Both the position numbers and the translations under genes were made by a program. The notes under the pieces are model-generated. The model searched no databases and was not told the DNA's origin. It saw only the letters and a program-made list of their open reading frames with translations. Below are positions 42,793-44,827 of a stretch of DNA of 44,827 nucleotides, one piece after another (position 1 is the first letter of the stretch; each line of letters starts with the position of its first letter). The stretch is from a virus (lineage: Duplodnaviria; Caudoviricetes), in the IMG/VR virus record IMGVR_UViG_3300032233_002597, positions 1-44,827 of that record. One strand, 5' to 3'.

Positions 42793-43786
42793 AAGAAAAT
42801 TCTCTTCGTGCAATCTCATCAAGTGCTTGCATCACTTCGGGGGTAAAATATTTTTCTGGATTTTTTAAAATCTCTTTTGCATAGATTTTCTTACCATCCA
42901 TTTCATACCTACCAGCAACATTTTTCCAAAGTTCTCCAATCTCACCAAGTTCTAATAATCCATAATACCTATCCAAGCCACGTTCATCATAGAAAAGGCG
43001 AACTTCTACATCTTTATTTTCCTTACTTAAACGTGACTTAGCAGTCTTTGCCTTGATAATATTTCCAATGACTTCCGTTCCATCCTTCTCCTTCTTCTTT
43101 CCAAGATGAATAATAGTAGAGGCGGCATACTTAAGCCCACTACCACCTCCCATCTCTTTAGTAGGAACATAAGCACCGATAACATCATAGGTATGATTTG
43201 TAACGATCATTGGAATATTTGCTTGACCAAGTTTTAAAGTAAGCATACGGAATGCACCTTTAATCAGTTGGGATTTAGTCATATCCCTAACTTCCTTATC
43301 ATTTAGGGCATCATTAATCTCTTTACTTGTAGAAAGCATTCCTAAAGAATCCAGAACAAACATGCAAGGGCTACGTTCTCCTTCTGGTTTTTTCAAGTAA
43401 AGATCAACTGCCTTCAGTGCCTTACCACGAAATTCTTCAACTGTAACCACATTAACCACCACGACTCTAGTTGTGTCGATGCCTCTGCTCTCCAGTAAGG
43501 ATCGTGTGATTGCAGCTTCAGTATCAAAATACAAACAATATCCAGTAGGATTATTATCAAGAAAATTCTTAACCACAGCCAAACTAAAGAAAGTTTTTCC
43601 TGTAGAACTTTCACCTGCGATTGCAGTGATTTTGTTACCAGATACACCACCAAAGATACTCCCAGATACAAGAGCATTAAATATGTACGAACCTGTGTCC
43701 ACATAAGTTTCAGTTTCGTCAATGTCTGATGCCAGTTGTGTGTATTCACCACCAATCTCTTTTACAATGTCTTTTAAGAAGTCCAT
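42779..43786 (-). CDS. uvsX: RecA-like recombinase
   Basis: GESSTGKT, FDTEAA, DSLGML, MGGGSGLKYAAS. Confidence 0.97.
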   Translation of the reverse strand: MDFLKDIVKEIGGEYTQLASDIDETETYVDTGSYIFNALVSGSIFGGVSGNKITAIAGESSTGKTFFSLAVVKNFLDNNPTGYCLYFDTEAAITRSLLESRGIDTTRVVVVNVVTVEEFRGKALKAVDLYLKKPEGERSPCMFVLDSLGMLSTSKEINDALNDKEVRDMTKSQLIKGAFRMLTLKLGQANIPMIVTNHTYDVIGAYVPTKEMGGGSGLKYAASTIIHLGKKKEKDGTEVIGNIIKAKTAKSRLSKENKDVEVRLFYDERGLDRYYGLLELGEIGELWKNVAGRYEMDGKKIYAKEILKNPEKYFTPEVMQALDEIARREFSYGKS

Positions 43787-43788
43787 AA

Positions 43789-43926
43789 TTAATTCCGTTT
43801 CTCCATTTTTTTATCAAGGTAATTTATTTTATAAGTCCAGAGTTTATTATATAACTGTTTATTCTCATTCCTAACAGATTCCATAATATATTTGTAATCT
43901 TTTTCTGTAATTGGAATTTCCATCAT
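43789..43926 (-). CDS. Small hypothetical protein (45 aa, MMEIPITEKDYKYIMESVR...LYNKLWTYK)
   Basis: Hand-translated; fills the gap between gp43 and uvsX with overlap to the gp43 stop. Confidence 0.7.
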   Translation of the reverse strand: MMEIPITEKDYKYIMESVRNENKQLYNKLWTYKINYLDKKMEKRN

Positions 43927-44827
43927 AAAAAAAATGATTCAAGGTTTGCTGTTTTTTCTATTCCCCACCCAATAGCGTCAAGAATGGACTTGAGGGGTTC
44001 AAGAAAACTTTTCATAAATTGTAGTTCATAATCTATATATTTGTCAAGAGCAAGTTCTTTTGGAAAATCGGAAATAAAAGAAATAACATTTTCATGAATA
44101 ATATTTGGAGTTTTTAAGTAAATATATTTTACTTTTTCCCCATTATTGATAAGTGAATATTTGTTTGTTAATTTTTTTTCCTTGATGTAATGGTTAAAGA
44201 GAAGTGCTCCTCGAACTTGAATTGGAGTTCCCTTTACATAAATCTGAGAATGTGATTGATATTTTTTTACGTCAGAAGCAGTTCTTGGGAAAGCAATTTG
44301 TTCGGGGGGAAGTTTTTTGAACTCAGTTCGACATTTATCAATGTACTCAATAACTTCATCTTCTGTGCCACTCATCATAATCTTCAAACCATCCTTAATC
44401 ATCTGACGACAAGGAGCAGGAGTAGAAGATTTGACTGCCTCAATGCCCATCATCTTGAGTTTAGGTTGATCATAACGAACACCCTCACTATCCCAAACAT
44501 TCAGGATATAACGCTTCTTGGCAGTCCAGATTCCACGGTCGGCAATATTCTCCCGTTTCATCTGCATCTTCTGATCGTATGCGTTCACATAATCCGCCAG
44601 TTCTTGGTAGCAACCTTCAATATGTTTTTCAAGTTCCACTTTAGCGATCTTATCAAGGAACGACACAACGCCTTCAGTAGTTTTTTCTCTTCCCTTGTAT
44701 ACAATCTCCACCAAAGGACCCATATTAAGGTAGATAGAATCAGTATCCGAAGCAATAACATAGTCAACATCATTTGTCTTAAGAATTTTGTTTAGGTACT
44801 TGTTAATTTTTTCTTCAATCCAACGAA
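43923..44827 (-). CDS. gp43: Family B DNA polymerase (T4 gp43), 3' part
   Basis: Frame open to the window edge: RWIEEKIN...IASDTDSIY...AKKRYILNV...GIEAVKSSTP. Confidence 0.97.
   Translation of the reverse strand, partial: RWIEEKINKYLNKILKTNDVDYVIASDTDSIYLNMGPLVEIVYKGREKTTEGVVSFLDKIAKVELEKHIEGCYQELADYVNAYDQKMQMKRENIADRGIWTAKKRYILNVWDSEGVRYDQPKLKMMGIEAVKSSTPAPCRQMIKDGLKIMMSGTEDEVIEYIDKCRTEFKKLPPEQIAFPRTASDVKKYQSHSQIYVKGTPIQVRGALLFNHYIKEKKLTNKYSLINNGEKVKYIYLKTPNIIHENVISFISDFPKELALDKYIDYELQFMKSFLEPLKSILDAIGWGIEKTANLESFFL

Noticed and set aside
30112-44827. Introns or inteins in nrdA, nrdB, gp61, gp41, uvsX or gp43
   Set aside because: All are uninterrupted and of normal length within the window.

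Overview
A 44.8 kb AT-rich segment of a T4-like cyanomyovirus (Kyanoviridae-like, probably freshwater), almost entirely encoded on the minus strand. In coordinate order it holds: a collagen-like (Gly-X-Gln) fibre gene that runs off the left edge and is missed by the ORF track; a repeat-rich fibre protein; two hli genes plus micro-ORFs; a tightly coupled 16-gene, ~13.7 kb glycan locus (NDP-heptose module, gmd/fcl plus a ColD-like His-His dehydratase suggesting GDP-colitose, two GT11, GT6, GT25, GT92/GT2-like, methyltransferases); a manA/wcaG-like modular RNA; a tRNA-rich accessory region (7 of the window's 8 tRNAs, dps, a cyanobacterial porin, an Hc1-like protein) that also contains several structured non-tRNA RNAs, including a cloverleaf with no anticodon loop; a cell-wall-hydrolase cluster; and the core replication block (nrdB, nrdA, gp61, tRNA-Ala, mazG, gp41, 2OG-Fe(II) oxygenase, uvsX, 3' part of gp43). 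The best leads are the non-tRNA structured RNAs in the tRNA operons, the colitose/heptose glycan pathways, the tandem-module RNA behind a small ORF, and an apparent in-frame loss of the catalytic domain from the cyanophage cytidylyltransferase-like gene. All assignments come from reading motifs by eye; no database search or folding program was run.
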